Of a stretch of DNA of 40,150 bases, positions 16,172-24,963 are shown piece after piece. The DNA is taken from NCBI GenBank assembly GCA_031282085.1, contig JAITEK010000068.1:1-40150 (forward strand). Direction: 5' to 3'. Each line of letters opens with the position of its first letter. The stretch's first letter is position 1. Under the pieces are notes generated by a model that saw only the letters and a program-made list of their open reading frames with translations, was not told the origin of the DNA and searched no databases. The DNA is from Coriobacteriales bacterium (GTDB taxonomy: Bacteria; Actinomycetota; Coriobacteriia; Coriobacteriales; UBA8131). The translations under genes were made by a program, and so were the position numbers.

Positions 16172-19100
16172 GTGGGAAGCAGGATGTCGCAAGTGAGTAA
16201 ACTGATTACCCGCGAAGATCGGGACATAGCCATTGTTGGCATATCAGTGTTCTGTCCGGCGGGCGAGAGCGTCGAGGAGTTCTGGGACGGGATATCCCGT
16301 GGCGTTGACTTTATCACCGACGCGCCGCCAGAGATCATTGCCGCGCACCATTTTGAGGGGCAGCCCAACGGGATAGATCGCTTCTACTGCAAGCGAGGCG
16401 GTTTTAGCAAGGCCTTTAAGGTCGATCCGCTTCGCTACGGTATCCTGCCCATCACCGCCGACGCCATAGACCCCGACGAGCTCCTCTCCCTGGCCGGCTC
16501 GGAGCAGGCGCTTATCGACGCCGACATCTTTGAGAAGGGCATACCGCTCCAGAACGGCGCCATCATAATCGGAAAGGGCAACTTCTCGGGAGCCGTCTCC
16601 CTGCGCAGCCTTGAGATAGTCCGCACGGCATGGCAGCTTACGGCGCTGATAAAGAGCATCCTGCCCGACCTGTCGGATGAGGACATCGAGCGCATACGCA
16701 AAGGCTACCAGGCGCAACAGGGGCGCTACCAGGCGGACATGGCCATCGGGACCATGCCGAACCTCGTCGCCTCGATGGTGGCGAACCGTTTTGACATGCA
16801 CGGCCCCGCCTACACCGTCGACGCTGCCTGCGCCAGCGGCATCGTAGCCATCAACCACTCCATCGGGCTGCTCAGAAGCGGCCAAATCGATGTTGCCGTG
16901 GCCGGTGGTATGCACACGGCGCAAAGCGCTATGTTCTGGGGCGCCTTCGACATGATGGGCGCCATGTCGCGCCGGGGCGAGATAGCGCCGTTCAGCAAGA
17001 ACGCCGACGGTCTGCTCATCGGGCAAGGCGGCGGCTTTATCGTCCTCAAGACCCTGCGCAAGGCCCTCGAGGACGGGGACCGCATCTACGCGCTCATCAA
17101 AGACACCGCCATCGCGAGTGACGGCGCGGGCACCCATGTGACGGTCACCTCCGTAAAAGGACAGGTCCGCGTACTCAAACGCGCCTGGGAAGCCGCCGGC
17201 ATGGACCCTGAGCTGCTCGGTTATGTCGAGGCTCACGGAACGGCGACGCCCGTAGGCGACCGGACCGAGCTAAACACGCTCAAGGAGTTCTTCGGCGACA
17301 ACACGCATCCTCAAGCCTTCGTCGGCTCCGTGAAGTCCAACATGGGACACACGATGCCCGCGGCGGGCATGATGGGCATCATCAAGACGGCGTTGTCTCT
17401 CTATCATCGCCAGATACCGCCCACCCTGCACTGTGAGGATCCCTTGCCGGCCATGTTCGAGTCGCGTTTCTTGCCGCCACAGGAGCTTATCGACTGGGAT
17501 ACCGACCAGTATCCTCTCATCGCAGGCGTTAACGCTTTCGGCTTCGGCGGCATCAACTCGCATGCCATCCTCACGGCCTATGAGCCGACAAAGGGCATGC
17601 CCCCACAACCAAAGCCCAAGGTCTGGCTGGGTGAGGCCCTCAGACTGTCGGCCACCAGCAAAGACGCCCTCATCGAGAAGCTCAAGTCGGGCGACTACAC
17701 CGACACGGGCGGCAACTACCGCCTTGTTATCTTCGAGCCCAGCGACGAGCGCGTACAGAAGGCCATCAGCATCGTTGAGAAGGACAAGCCCTGGCGCGGC
17801 CGCATGGACATCTGGTTCTCCAACCAGGCCCTGATCGAGAACGGCGGCAAGGTCGTGTTCCTCTGCCCCGGCTTTGGCCCTGATGAGATACCGGAGACGG
17901 AAAGCATCAGCAGAATGCTCGATTTGCCCTTCGTTGAGGAGGAGCTGGCCAAGCAGGACATACTGGAGCACACGAGGACGACCCTGCGCAACTTCATCGT
18001 CGGCTTCTTGTGCAAGGAAGCCTTAGAGAAGCTCGGAATCGAGCCGGACATCTACGTGGGACACAGTGTGGGCGAGTGGAACGCCACGATATACGCGGGA
18101 ATGACCGACGGCAACTGGAAGAAGATAGGCCGCATGGTGAACTCCCTGTATAACCCCCTGCGCTTCCCCCTGATAGCCGTCAGCGGCATCGACATCGAGA
18201 CGGTCAACGCCTGGTGCGACGAGATCGATGGCCTGTACCTCTCCAATGACAACTGCCCCAGCCAGGTGCTTCTGGCGGGAACAGAGAGCGCCGTCGAGAT
18301 ACTGACCAAGCGCCTGGCCGATGAGCGGCTGTTCTACTCGATCCTGCCCTACGGGGCCGGCTTCCACACGCCGCTGATAGGAGAGGACAACCAGGACCAG
18401 CAGATCCTGGAGACCGTCGACGTCCATGAGGGGCATACGCCGGTCTGGTCGGCGACGACGCTGGAGCTGGTTCCCTCGGACCGGGACGAATACAACGCGC
18501 TGGTAGACAGCCAGATGAGGCGCCCGGTCTATTTCCGCGAACTTACCGAGAAACTCTACGCTGAGCAGAACGCGTGCGTCTTTGTGCAGCTTGGCGTCGC
18601 CACTCTCAACAACTTTGTGGAGGACACGCTCAAGGGACAGGACATCTGCACAGTCTCGGCAGTCGCGAGTGGTCGGCTTGGCGCCGATCAGCTGCGGCGC
18701 GTTCTGGCGGCCCTCTATATCGAGGGACGCCCGGTCGACGCCGACTTCCTCGGCGTGAAGCCCCTGTATCGCACGGAGCACAGCCTCTTGACGGTACTGC
18801 GAGGGGCGCCGCCCATCCTCGACGAGCTCCCTGAGCTCACCGAGGTCGTGAAGCAGCGCTACGGCGACGTCGGCTCGCATCTTGCGCAGGGCCTGGAGGG
18901 TGCGGAAAGCCTGAGTGGCAACCCCGTTCTCGACGCGGCCAGCGCCAATCTACGCGAGGCCTCAAAGGTCCAAAGCGAACTGGTCCGCCTGTTCGAGCAG
19001 ATGCCACAGAGCGCCTTTACTTCTTCAACCACTCCCGCGGAGTCGGCTGCTGCCCTTGGGGCAGGCTCCTCCGCATCTCCTTTTACCTTCTCGAGATCCG

Positions 19101-20644
19101 CCCCGGCCGCCCCATCCCTCCCCCCAACAAATGGGTCGGCCGGCGCGCGGATACCTACGCAAGCATCGCGCGAGGACTTCAAGGAGACCTTGCGCCTCAA
19201 CTTTGAGGATCATCCCTATCTCGTAGACCACTCGATCGTGCGTCAGCCCGAGGGCTGGGAGTTCGCGGATGACCTCAACCTCGTCGTGCCTCTGACCATG
19301 ACCATCGAGCTGCTCTCTGAGATAGCCCAACGCTATGTGCCCGACCACAAGCTCGTGTGCGTAAGCAAGGTTTGGGCCTATCGGTGGATCACCCTTGAGG
19401 CTCCCTTTGAGGAGACCCTTGAGGGCCACTGGAAAGGACCACTGGTACTGGAGCTGAACCTGGTAGGCTTTGCAAAGGCCGAGTTCACTTTTGCGGATGA
19501 ATACCCGGAGCCACCCGCCGAGTACCTGGGCGACATAGACGTCGGCGAGAAGATCATGGAAAACGTAACGCCCGATGTGCTCTACCATCGCTACTCCTTC
19601 CACGGGCCGCAGTATCACTCCAACATAGGCCTGGTGAAGGTCGGCGCGCGCGGTATGATCAACTACGCGCAACGGCGCGGAGGAAAGGGCTCCCTGCTCG
19701 ACGTCATGGGGCAGCAGCTCGGATTGTTCCTGCATCTGACGCAGACCGTGAACACCATCTCCTTCCCCATCCGTTTGAAGGAGCTGAGCTTCTACGCCGA
19801 CATCTTCGACCAGGAAGGCGTCTTTGAGCACACGATGGTCATCACGCGCCTGACCGAGAGCAGCATCGTCGGCGACATGATACTTAAACGCGACGGCAAG
19901 ATATGGGCCGTGGCGCGGGACTTCGTCTGCCAGCGCTTTGAGAATTACCTCCCCGTCTGGGGCGTGATACGCGAGCCACAGTGCAACAAACTGGCCGAGG
20001 AGATAGCACCGGGCGTCTATCACTACACCAACGTCAGCCGCAACAACGTGCTCGATCTGCTCTCAAAGCGCTACCTGAACGGCCCAGACCGGGCGGAGAT
20101 CGAGAATCTCGGCTCGTCGACACGCATACGGGAGTTGCTGACCAGCCGTATCGTCTTAAAGGACGCCGTGCGCGATTTTGTGCAGCAACACCATGGCGGC
20201 GGCGAGATGATATTCCCCATTGAGATATTCTATGCCCACGACGAGAAGGGCAAACCCCTCGTCAACGGCTATGGGCGCACGGTGGAGCTCATCGAGGATC
20301 TCGAGATCTCGTTGTCGCACAAGGGCGATGAGGCCGTCGCGATAGTGGCAAAGGAGCCTGTCGGCATCGACCTTGAGAAGATAGAGGAGAAGTCCGAGGG
20401 CTTCCTCAAGGCCAGCTTCACGGAGCGGGAGCGTGCGTTACTCGCCCCGCTTGAGCAACCCGAAGCCATCCTGCGATTCTGGGTAGCAAAAGAGGCCGTC
20501 GCGAAGAAAGCCGGCACTGGCCTTGAGGGCAATCCGAAACGCTTTGAAGTAACCGCGGTGGACGGTGATGTACTCACCGTGGGAGATCAAAAGGTCCAAA
20601 TCGTTAAGATCGGAGAGGAGCACGTGGTCGGATGGACAATATAA
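16172..20644 (+). CDS. Pfa/Hgl-like type I synthase subunit 2, domain order KS, AT-like, PKS-type DH, Sfp-type PPTase
   Basis: GTG at 16172 (alternative ATG at 16184). Domains:
- KS with DAACASG (Cys codon 16829-16831), EAHGTATPVGD (His 17234) and GHTMPAAG (His 17348) (about 16220-17585).
- Divergent acyltransferase with CPGFGPD and GHSVGEW (Ser codon 18065-18067) and GAGFHTPL (about 17850-18620).
- DH with HPYLVDHSIV (His codon 19229-19231), FHGPQY and LLDVMGQQ (about 19180-20000).
- C-terminal phosphopantetheinyl transferase with ISLSHKGDEAVAIV, GIDLEKI and FWVAKEAVAKK (about 20040-20641). Confidence 0.9.
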   Translation: MGSRMSQVSKLITREDRDIAIVGISVFCPAGESVEEFWDGISRGVDFITDAPPEIIAAHHFEGQPNGIDRFYCKRGGFSKAFKVDPLRYGILPITADAIDPDELLSLAGSEQALIDADIFEKGIPLQNGAIIIGKGNFSGAVSLRSLEIVRTAWQLTALIKSILPDLSDEDIERIRKGYQAQQGRYQADMAIGTMPNLVASMVANRFDMHGPAYTVDAACASGIVAINHSIGLLRSGQIDVAVAGGMHTAQSAMFWGAFDMMGAMSRRGEIAPFSKNADGLLIGQGGGFIVLKTLRKALEDGDRIYALIKDTAIASDGAGTHVTVTSVKGQVRVLKRAWEAAGMDPELLGYVEAHGTATPVGDRTELNTLKEFFGDNTHPQAFVGSVKSNMGHTMPAAGMMGIIKTALSLYHRQIPPTLHCEDPLPAMFESRFLPPQELIDWDTDQYPLIAGVNAFGFGGINSHAILTAYEPTKGMPPQPKPKVWLGEALRLSATSKDALIEKLKSGDYTDTGGNYRLVIFEPSDERVQKAISIVEKDKPWRGRMDIWFSNQALIENGGKVVFLCPGFGPDEIPETESISRMLDLPFVEEELAKQDILEHTRTTLRNFIVGFLCKEALEKLGIEPDIYVGHSVGEWNATIYAGMTDGNWKKIGRMVNSLYNPLRFPLIAVSGIDIETVNAWCDEIDGLYLSNDNCPSQVLLAGTESAVEILTKRLADERLFYSILPYGAGFHTPLIGEDNQDQQILETVDVHEGHTPVWSATTLELVPSDRDEYNALVDSQMRRPVYFRELTEKLYAEQNACVFVQLGVATLNNFVEDTLKGQDICTVSAVASGRLGADQLRRVLAALYIEGRPVDADFLGVKPLYRTEHSLLTVLRGAPPILDELPELTEVVKQRYGDVGSHLAQGLEGAESLSGNPVLDAASANLREASKVQSELVRLFEQMPQSAFTSSTTPAESAAALGAGSSASPFTFSRSAPAAPSLPPTNGSAGARIPTQASREDFKETLRLNFEDHPYLVDHSIVRQPEGWEFADDLNLVVPLTMTIELLSEIAQRYVPDHKLVCVSKVWAYRWITLEAPFEETLEGHWKGPLVLELNLVGFAKAEFTFADEYPEPPAEYLGDIDVGEKIMENVTPDVLYHRYSFHGPQYHSNIGLVKVGARGMINYAQRRGGKGSLLDVMGQQLGLFLHLTQTVNTISFPIRLKELSFYADIFDQEGVFEHTMVITRLTESSIVGDMILKRDGKIWAVARDFVCQRFENYLPVWGVIREPQCNKLAEEIAPGVYHYTNVSRNNVLDLLSKRYLNGPDRAEIENLGSSTRIRELLTSRIVLKDAVRDFVQQHHGGGEMIFPIEIFYAHDEKGKPLVNGYGRTVELIEDLEISLSHKGDEAVAIVAKEPVGIDLEKIEEKSEGFLKASFTERERALLAPLEQPEAILRFWVAKEAVAKKAGTGLEGNPKRFEVTAVDGDVLTVGDQKVQIVKIGEEHVVGWTI

Positions 20645-20949
20645 GCAGCACTTCGGCGGGGGCGCCACAGCGGATTGAGCCAGGCTCGATAGCCGCACAG
20701 ATCGTAGACATCGTCATCGAGATCATCGGTGAGGATGCTGCGAGCTTTTTGGTGTTCACCAAAGAGAGCAGCTTCATCAACGACCTTGAGATGGACAGTA
20801 TCCAGGTCATCCGCCTCTCAAAACGCGTTAACGAGCTGTATGGAGACCAGGTCGACCTTATCGGATGGCTCTCCAAGCGACCCGTCAACGAACTGCTCAC
20901 CCTCACGATAGGCGATGTGTCGTCCTTTGTGGAGGAGGGTTCTCGATGA
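20632..20949 (+). CDS. Free-standing acyl carrier protein
   Basis: 105-aa ORF whose ATG lies 13 nt inside the end of subunit 2. It carries the phosphopantetheine attachment motif FINDLEMDSIQVIRL (Ser codon 20797-20799). Confidence 0.8.
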   Translation: MDNISSTSAGAPQRIEPGSIAAQIVDIVIEIIGEDAASFLVFTKESSFINDLEMDSIQVIRLSKRVNELYGDQVDLIGWLSKRPVNELLTLTIGDVSSFVEEGSR

Positions 20950-21656
20950 ACCGTCCGGCCATCGCGACTTTGCAGAGTGTGACCAAGGTATATCAGGCCG
21001 AGGGCCTGCCGGTCATGGCCATCGAAGGCGCCTCATTCAGCGTCGGGCAGGGGGAGATCTGCGCGATCATCGGAGCTTCCGGCTCGGGCAAGACGACCCT
21101 CCTCAACATCATAGGAGGCATAGACCGCTGCAACTCCGGCACCGTTGTCGTGGATGGCAGGGACATCACCCTCTTAAACGACAAGGAGCTGACGGAATAC
21201 CGCCGCCGCGAGGTGGGCTATGTGTTCCAGTTCTACAACCTGATACCGAACCTGACCGCCCTGGAGAATGTTGAGCTTGCCTCCGACATCTTCAAGACGC
21301 CGATCAAGGCGGCGGACATGCTGGACGCCGTGGGGCTGGGCGAGCGTCGCGGCAACTTCCCCTCTCAACTCTCGGGTGGAGAGCAGCAGCGCGTGGCCAT
21401 CGCGCGCGCCCTGGTGAAGATGCCTAAGCTGCTATTGTGTGATGAGCCGACCGGCGCCCTCGACAGCAAGACCGGCGTTCAGGTGCTCAGGATGCTGCAG
21501 CAGGCAAGCCTGTCGTTCGGCGTGACTGTGATACTGGTTACGCATAACACGGCAATCGTCGAGATGGCGAACCGCATCATAACTGTACGGAACAACAGGA
21601 TCGAGCGCATCATCATCAATCCCCAACCCTACCGTGCGGAGGATATCGTGCTATGA
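20946..21656 (+). CDS. ABC transporter ATP-binding protein (MacB/LolD/FtsE-like)
   Basis: The ATG at 20946 overlaps the ACP stop (ATGA). Walker [13 protein letters not shown], signature [15 protein letters not shown], Walker [14 protein letters not shown]-loop VTHN. Confidence 0.9.
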   Translation: MNRPAIATLQSVTKVYQAEGLPVMAIEGASFSVGQGEICAIIGASGSGKTTLLNIIGGIDRCNSGTVVVDGRDITLLNDKELTEYRRREVGYVFQFYNLIPNLTALENVELASDIFKTPIKAADMLDAVGLGERRGNFPSQLSGGEQQRVAIARALVKMPKLLLCDEPTGALDSKTGVQVLRMLQQASLSFGVTVILVTHNTAIVEMANRIITVRNNRIERIIINPQPYRAEDIVL

Positions 21657-24600
21657 GCCGAGCACTGGGAAAGATAACGCGACGAGGGCTGCTTCGTGCG
21701 CCCGGACGCTTCATCGCGCTCTTCCTCATCATAGTGCTGGGGGCGGGCTTTTTGGCAGGTCTCCAATCCACGGCCCCCGACATGGTCGCGACCGCCGACA
21801 AGTATTTTGTCGATAAGAACCTTGCGGACTTCCGCCTTGCCTGCGACCTGGGCATCACCGAGGACGACGTTGGTGCCGCCCGGGCGTTGCCGGAGGTGGC
21901 ACAGGCAAGCGGTACCTACCGCGTCGACCTCAAGGGCGCCATCAACGAGACGTCGGCTATCTATGCCATCCACAGCCTTCCTTCCGACGTGGCAAGCGGT
22001 ACCTACCTCTCGCAGCTAGCACTGCAGGAAGGCCGTCTGCCCGAGCAACCGGAGGAATGCGTCGCCGACTCCTACTCGTCTATCCAGATCGGTGACAGGA
22101 TAGTGCTGGCCGAGGATAACCCCTCAGGCTCGCTTGAGATGCTGTCGCCCCGGACGCTCACCGTTGTCGGGCTGGCGCGCTCGTCGGCCTATGTCTCAAC
22201 GACCCGCGGCAACAGCGGCATCGGCAGCGGCCGGGTAAATAACTTCCTCTACGTGCAGGAAGCAGCGTTTACCAGCGAATACTACACCGGAATCGAACTC
22301 CGCCTTACCTCCACCGAGGGTCTTTCGGCCTTCTCGAAGAAGTATACGGAGGCTATCGAGGAAGGGCGGGCTGTTCTTGAGGAATTTACCCAGCGCCGCG
22401 CAGAGCTGCGACGCGACGACATAACCGCGGAGGTTGAGACAAACCTCGACGAGGCCGAAGCCGAGTTGGAGACTGAGAGCACGCAGGTAGAGACCGATTT
22501 GGCCTCGGCACAAGAAGCGCTGGAAAGCGGCCTGATAAGCCGTGATGAGGGTCTGCGACGCTACGAGGAGTCCTCGATAACCCTTGCGCGGAGCCGCCGG
22601 GAGCTGGACCAGGGCTGGACCAATCTCTCCGTGTCCCAGCAGGAGATAAGCACGCTACAGACGACATTCGAGGCGAGTCAGAGCGCGGTGGCAGGAGGTC
22701 GGGCAACCCTCCAGGAGCTTACGCAGCAACGCGACGCCCTCAAGACCGCGCTGGCGTTTGAGAACGATTCCGCGGCGGCGGCGACCCTTCAGATACAGAT
22801 AGACGCGCTCCAGGCGCAGATAGACCCGCTTTCCTCGCAGATAAGCGCCGGCGAGACCGAACTCGCAAAGGCCGAGGAGCAACTCAGCTCCGCCCAGGCG
22901 GCCTATGCGGAGGCCGAAAGCCAGCTCCAGAGGGGTGAGCAGGAATACCGCGCAGGAGAAAACGCGCTGTGGAACCTCTACTACCAGATCGAGCGGGCGA
23001 CCGAGCAGCTCAACTCAGGCCAGCAGGAATACGACCAGCAATCGGCGGAAGCCACAGACGCGCTTGAGGAGGCCCGCGCCGAACTCGACCAGAACCGCAA
23101 CGAGTTGGAGACACTGGCCCTGCCCGCCTGGTCCATCGAGGAGCGCAAGGATTTCCCCGGATACGCGAACTTCTCCGCTGACAAGGATCGCATCGCGAAC
23201 CTCTCCCTCGTCTTGCCCTGGTTCTTCTTCCTCGTCGCGAGCATCGTCTGTCTCACGACGATGACCCGTATGGTAGAAGAACAGCGTGTGCAGATAGGGA
23301 CGCTCAAGGCCTGCGGATACCGCCGGGAGCAGATAGCCTTCGGTTACCAGGCCTACGCCTGGCTCATCGGCCTGAGTGGCGGTGCCCTAGGCGTCGCGAT
23401 CGGCGTGGCTCTTTTCCCCCAGGCCATCTGGAGCTCGTACACCGCGGTATATCTCATGGAACCCTTCCAATCGATACTCGCTCCCCTCCCCTGCCTCGTC
23501 GGCCTGTTGGGCGGAGCGATTGCACTGTCTTTGGCAACAGCGTTTGCGTGCCGCAACACGCTCGACCGGGAAGCCGCCGAGCTCATGCGTCCTCGCGCCC
23601 CCAAAGCCGGCAAGCGGGTATTCCTCGAGCGCTGGCAGGGGCTGTGGGCTCGGATACCCTTCAGCCGTAAGGTCACCATCCGCAACCTGTTCCGTTACCG
23701 TACCCGTTTTGTCGTCACGGTCCTCGGCGTGGCGGGCTGCGCGGCATTGCTGCTGGCCGGCTTTGGCCTGCGGGATTCCATCGCCAGTGAAGTCGAGATG
23801 CAATATGGCAGCGAAGGCGTCTTCCATCTACGGGCGACCCTCGCGCTCAATAATGCCTCCGGCAGCCAGGAGGATACGGAGCTGAACAAGGCGTTGGAGG
23901 GCGTTGCTGATACCTACACCCACATCGAGAACCTTACGGTGAGTTTTGGCGGCAAGACCAACGGCGATGTTGTTACCTATCTCTCGGTGCCCGAGGACAT
24001 TGATTCCTTTGGCGAATTCATCACCCTGCGTCAGCCGTCGGACCACGAGCCGATAGCGTTCCCGAGCACCATGCCGGACAGCACGACTGGTGTGGGCGAC
24101 CGACCGGCTGTTGTGATAACCGAGCAGTTGGCCAACAGGCTCGGCATAAAGGTCGGCGACGAGATCAGCTTCGGCCCGCCCACCGGGATCCCCGCAAAGG
24201 CCCGCGTAAGCGGCATAGCGGAGAACTACGTCTACAACTACGTGTACCTCTCACCTCAGAACTACCGGACGCTTTTCGGTGCGGAGCCTGAGTACCGTTC
24301 GATCTACCTGATGTCCGACCTGCCCGAAGATGATTTTGAGGAGCTGCTGACGAAGCTGGTAGCAACGGATAACGTAGCGACAGCCTTCCCCGTCTCCTCG
24401 TTCAGGGACGTGGTGGACCTCGTGATCGCAAATATGAGCACCGTTATCTCACTCATGATCGGTGCGGCGTTCATATTGGCTGCCGTCGTTCTCTATAATC
24501 TCATCAGCATCATGGTGCTGGAGCGGCAGCGGGAGTTCGCGACGATGAAGGTACTGGGCTATCACCGGGGCCAGGTTGCCGCTTTCCTCTCCCGCGAGAC

Positions 24601-24835
24601 CACGGTTATGACCTTTATCGGCCTGATCCTCGGCCTGCCGCTGGGCCTCTGGTTACACGGTTACGTTATGGCTACCATCGAGGTGAACGAGCTCATGTTC
24701 TCTCGCGTGATACTGCCGTTGAGCTTTGTTTTTGCGATAGTGTTCCCTTTGATCTGCAACTACGTGGTGAACCTGTGCGTGCGTCCGCGCCTGAACAGGC
24801 TCGACCCCGCTAAGGTTCTGAAGTCCATAGAGTAA
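21653..24835 (+). CDS. Double-FtsX/MacB-type ABC permease with a large coiled-coil extracytoplasmic insertion
   Basis: The ATG at 21653 overlaps the ATPase stop (ATGA). 1060 aa with an N-terminal TM segment (FIALFLIIVLGAGFLAGL). A heptad-like Ala/Glu/Gln-rich stretch of about 270 aa covers about 22355-23183. There are two FtsX-type TM bundles (about 23210-23760 and about 24430-24800) with a second extracytoplasmic domain between them. Confidence 0.85.
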   Translation: MSRALGKITRRGLLRAPGRFIALFLIIVLGAGFLAGLQSTAPDMVATADKYFVDKNLADFRLACDLGITEDDVGAARALPEVAQASGTYRVDLKGAINETSAIYAIHSLPSDVASGTYLSQLALQEGRLPEQPEECVADSYSSIQIGDRIVLAEDNPSGSLEMLSPRTLTVVGLARSSAYVSTTRGNSGIGSGRVNNFLYVQEAAFTSEYYTGIELRLTSTEGLSAFSKKYTEAIEEGRAVLEEFTQRRAELRRDDITAEVETNLDEAEAELETESTQVETDLASAQEALESGLISRDEGLRRYEESSITLARSRRELDQGWTNLSVSQQEISTLQTTFEASQSAVAGGRATLQELTQQRDALKTALAFENDSAAAATLQIQIDALQAQIDPLSSQISAGETELAKAEEQLSSAQAAYAEAESQLQRGEQEYRAGENALWNLYYQIERATEQLNSGQQEYDQQSAEATDALEEARAELDQNRNELETLALPAWSIEERKDFPGYANFSADKDRIANLSLVLPWFFFLVASIVCLTTMTRMVEEQRVQIGTLKACGYRREQIAFGYQAYAWLIGLSGGALGVAIGVALFPQAIWSSYTAVYLMEPFQSILAPLPCLVGLLGGAIALSLATAFACRNTLDREAAELMRPRAPKAGKRVFLERWQGLWARIPFSRKVTIRNLFRYRTRFVVTVLGVAGCAALLLAGFGLRDSIASEVEMQYGSEGVFHLRATLALNNASGSQEDTELNKALEGVADTYTHIENLTVSFGGKTNGDVVTYLSVPEDIDSFGEFITLRQPSDHEPIAFPSTMPDSTTGVGDRPAVVITEQLANRLGIKVGDEISFGPPTGIPAKARVSGIAENYVYNYVYLSPQNYRTLFGAEPEYRSIYLMSDLPEDDFEELLTKLVATDNVATAFPVSSFRDVVDLVIANMSTVISLMIGAAFILAAVVLYNLISIMVLERQREFATMKVLGYHRGQVAAFLSRETTVMTFIGLILGLPLGLWLHGYVMATIEVNELMFSRVILPLSFVFAIVFPLICNYVVNLCVRPRLNRLDPAKVLKSIE

Positions 24836-24963
24836 AACATGAGGAAAGGTGTGTAAAAGAGGGGTATAAAGAGGTAGGGGGAGAGGATTTGTACGGGAAT
24901 TCTGGTAGGAAGGTTTGAGAGCCGTAATCCCTGCAAGGGGGGATAAGGTAAGTGAGGTGCAAT

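Noticed and set aside
16220-17585. The second KS as a chain-length-factor (CLF/KS-beta) partner, as in PfaC-type proteins.
   Set aside because: The active-site Cys (DAACASG, codon 16829-16831) and both His residues are present. CLFs lack the Cys.
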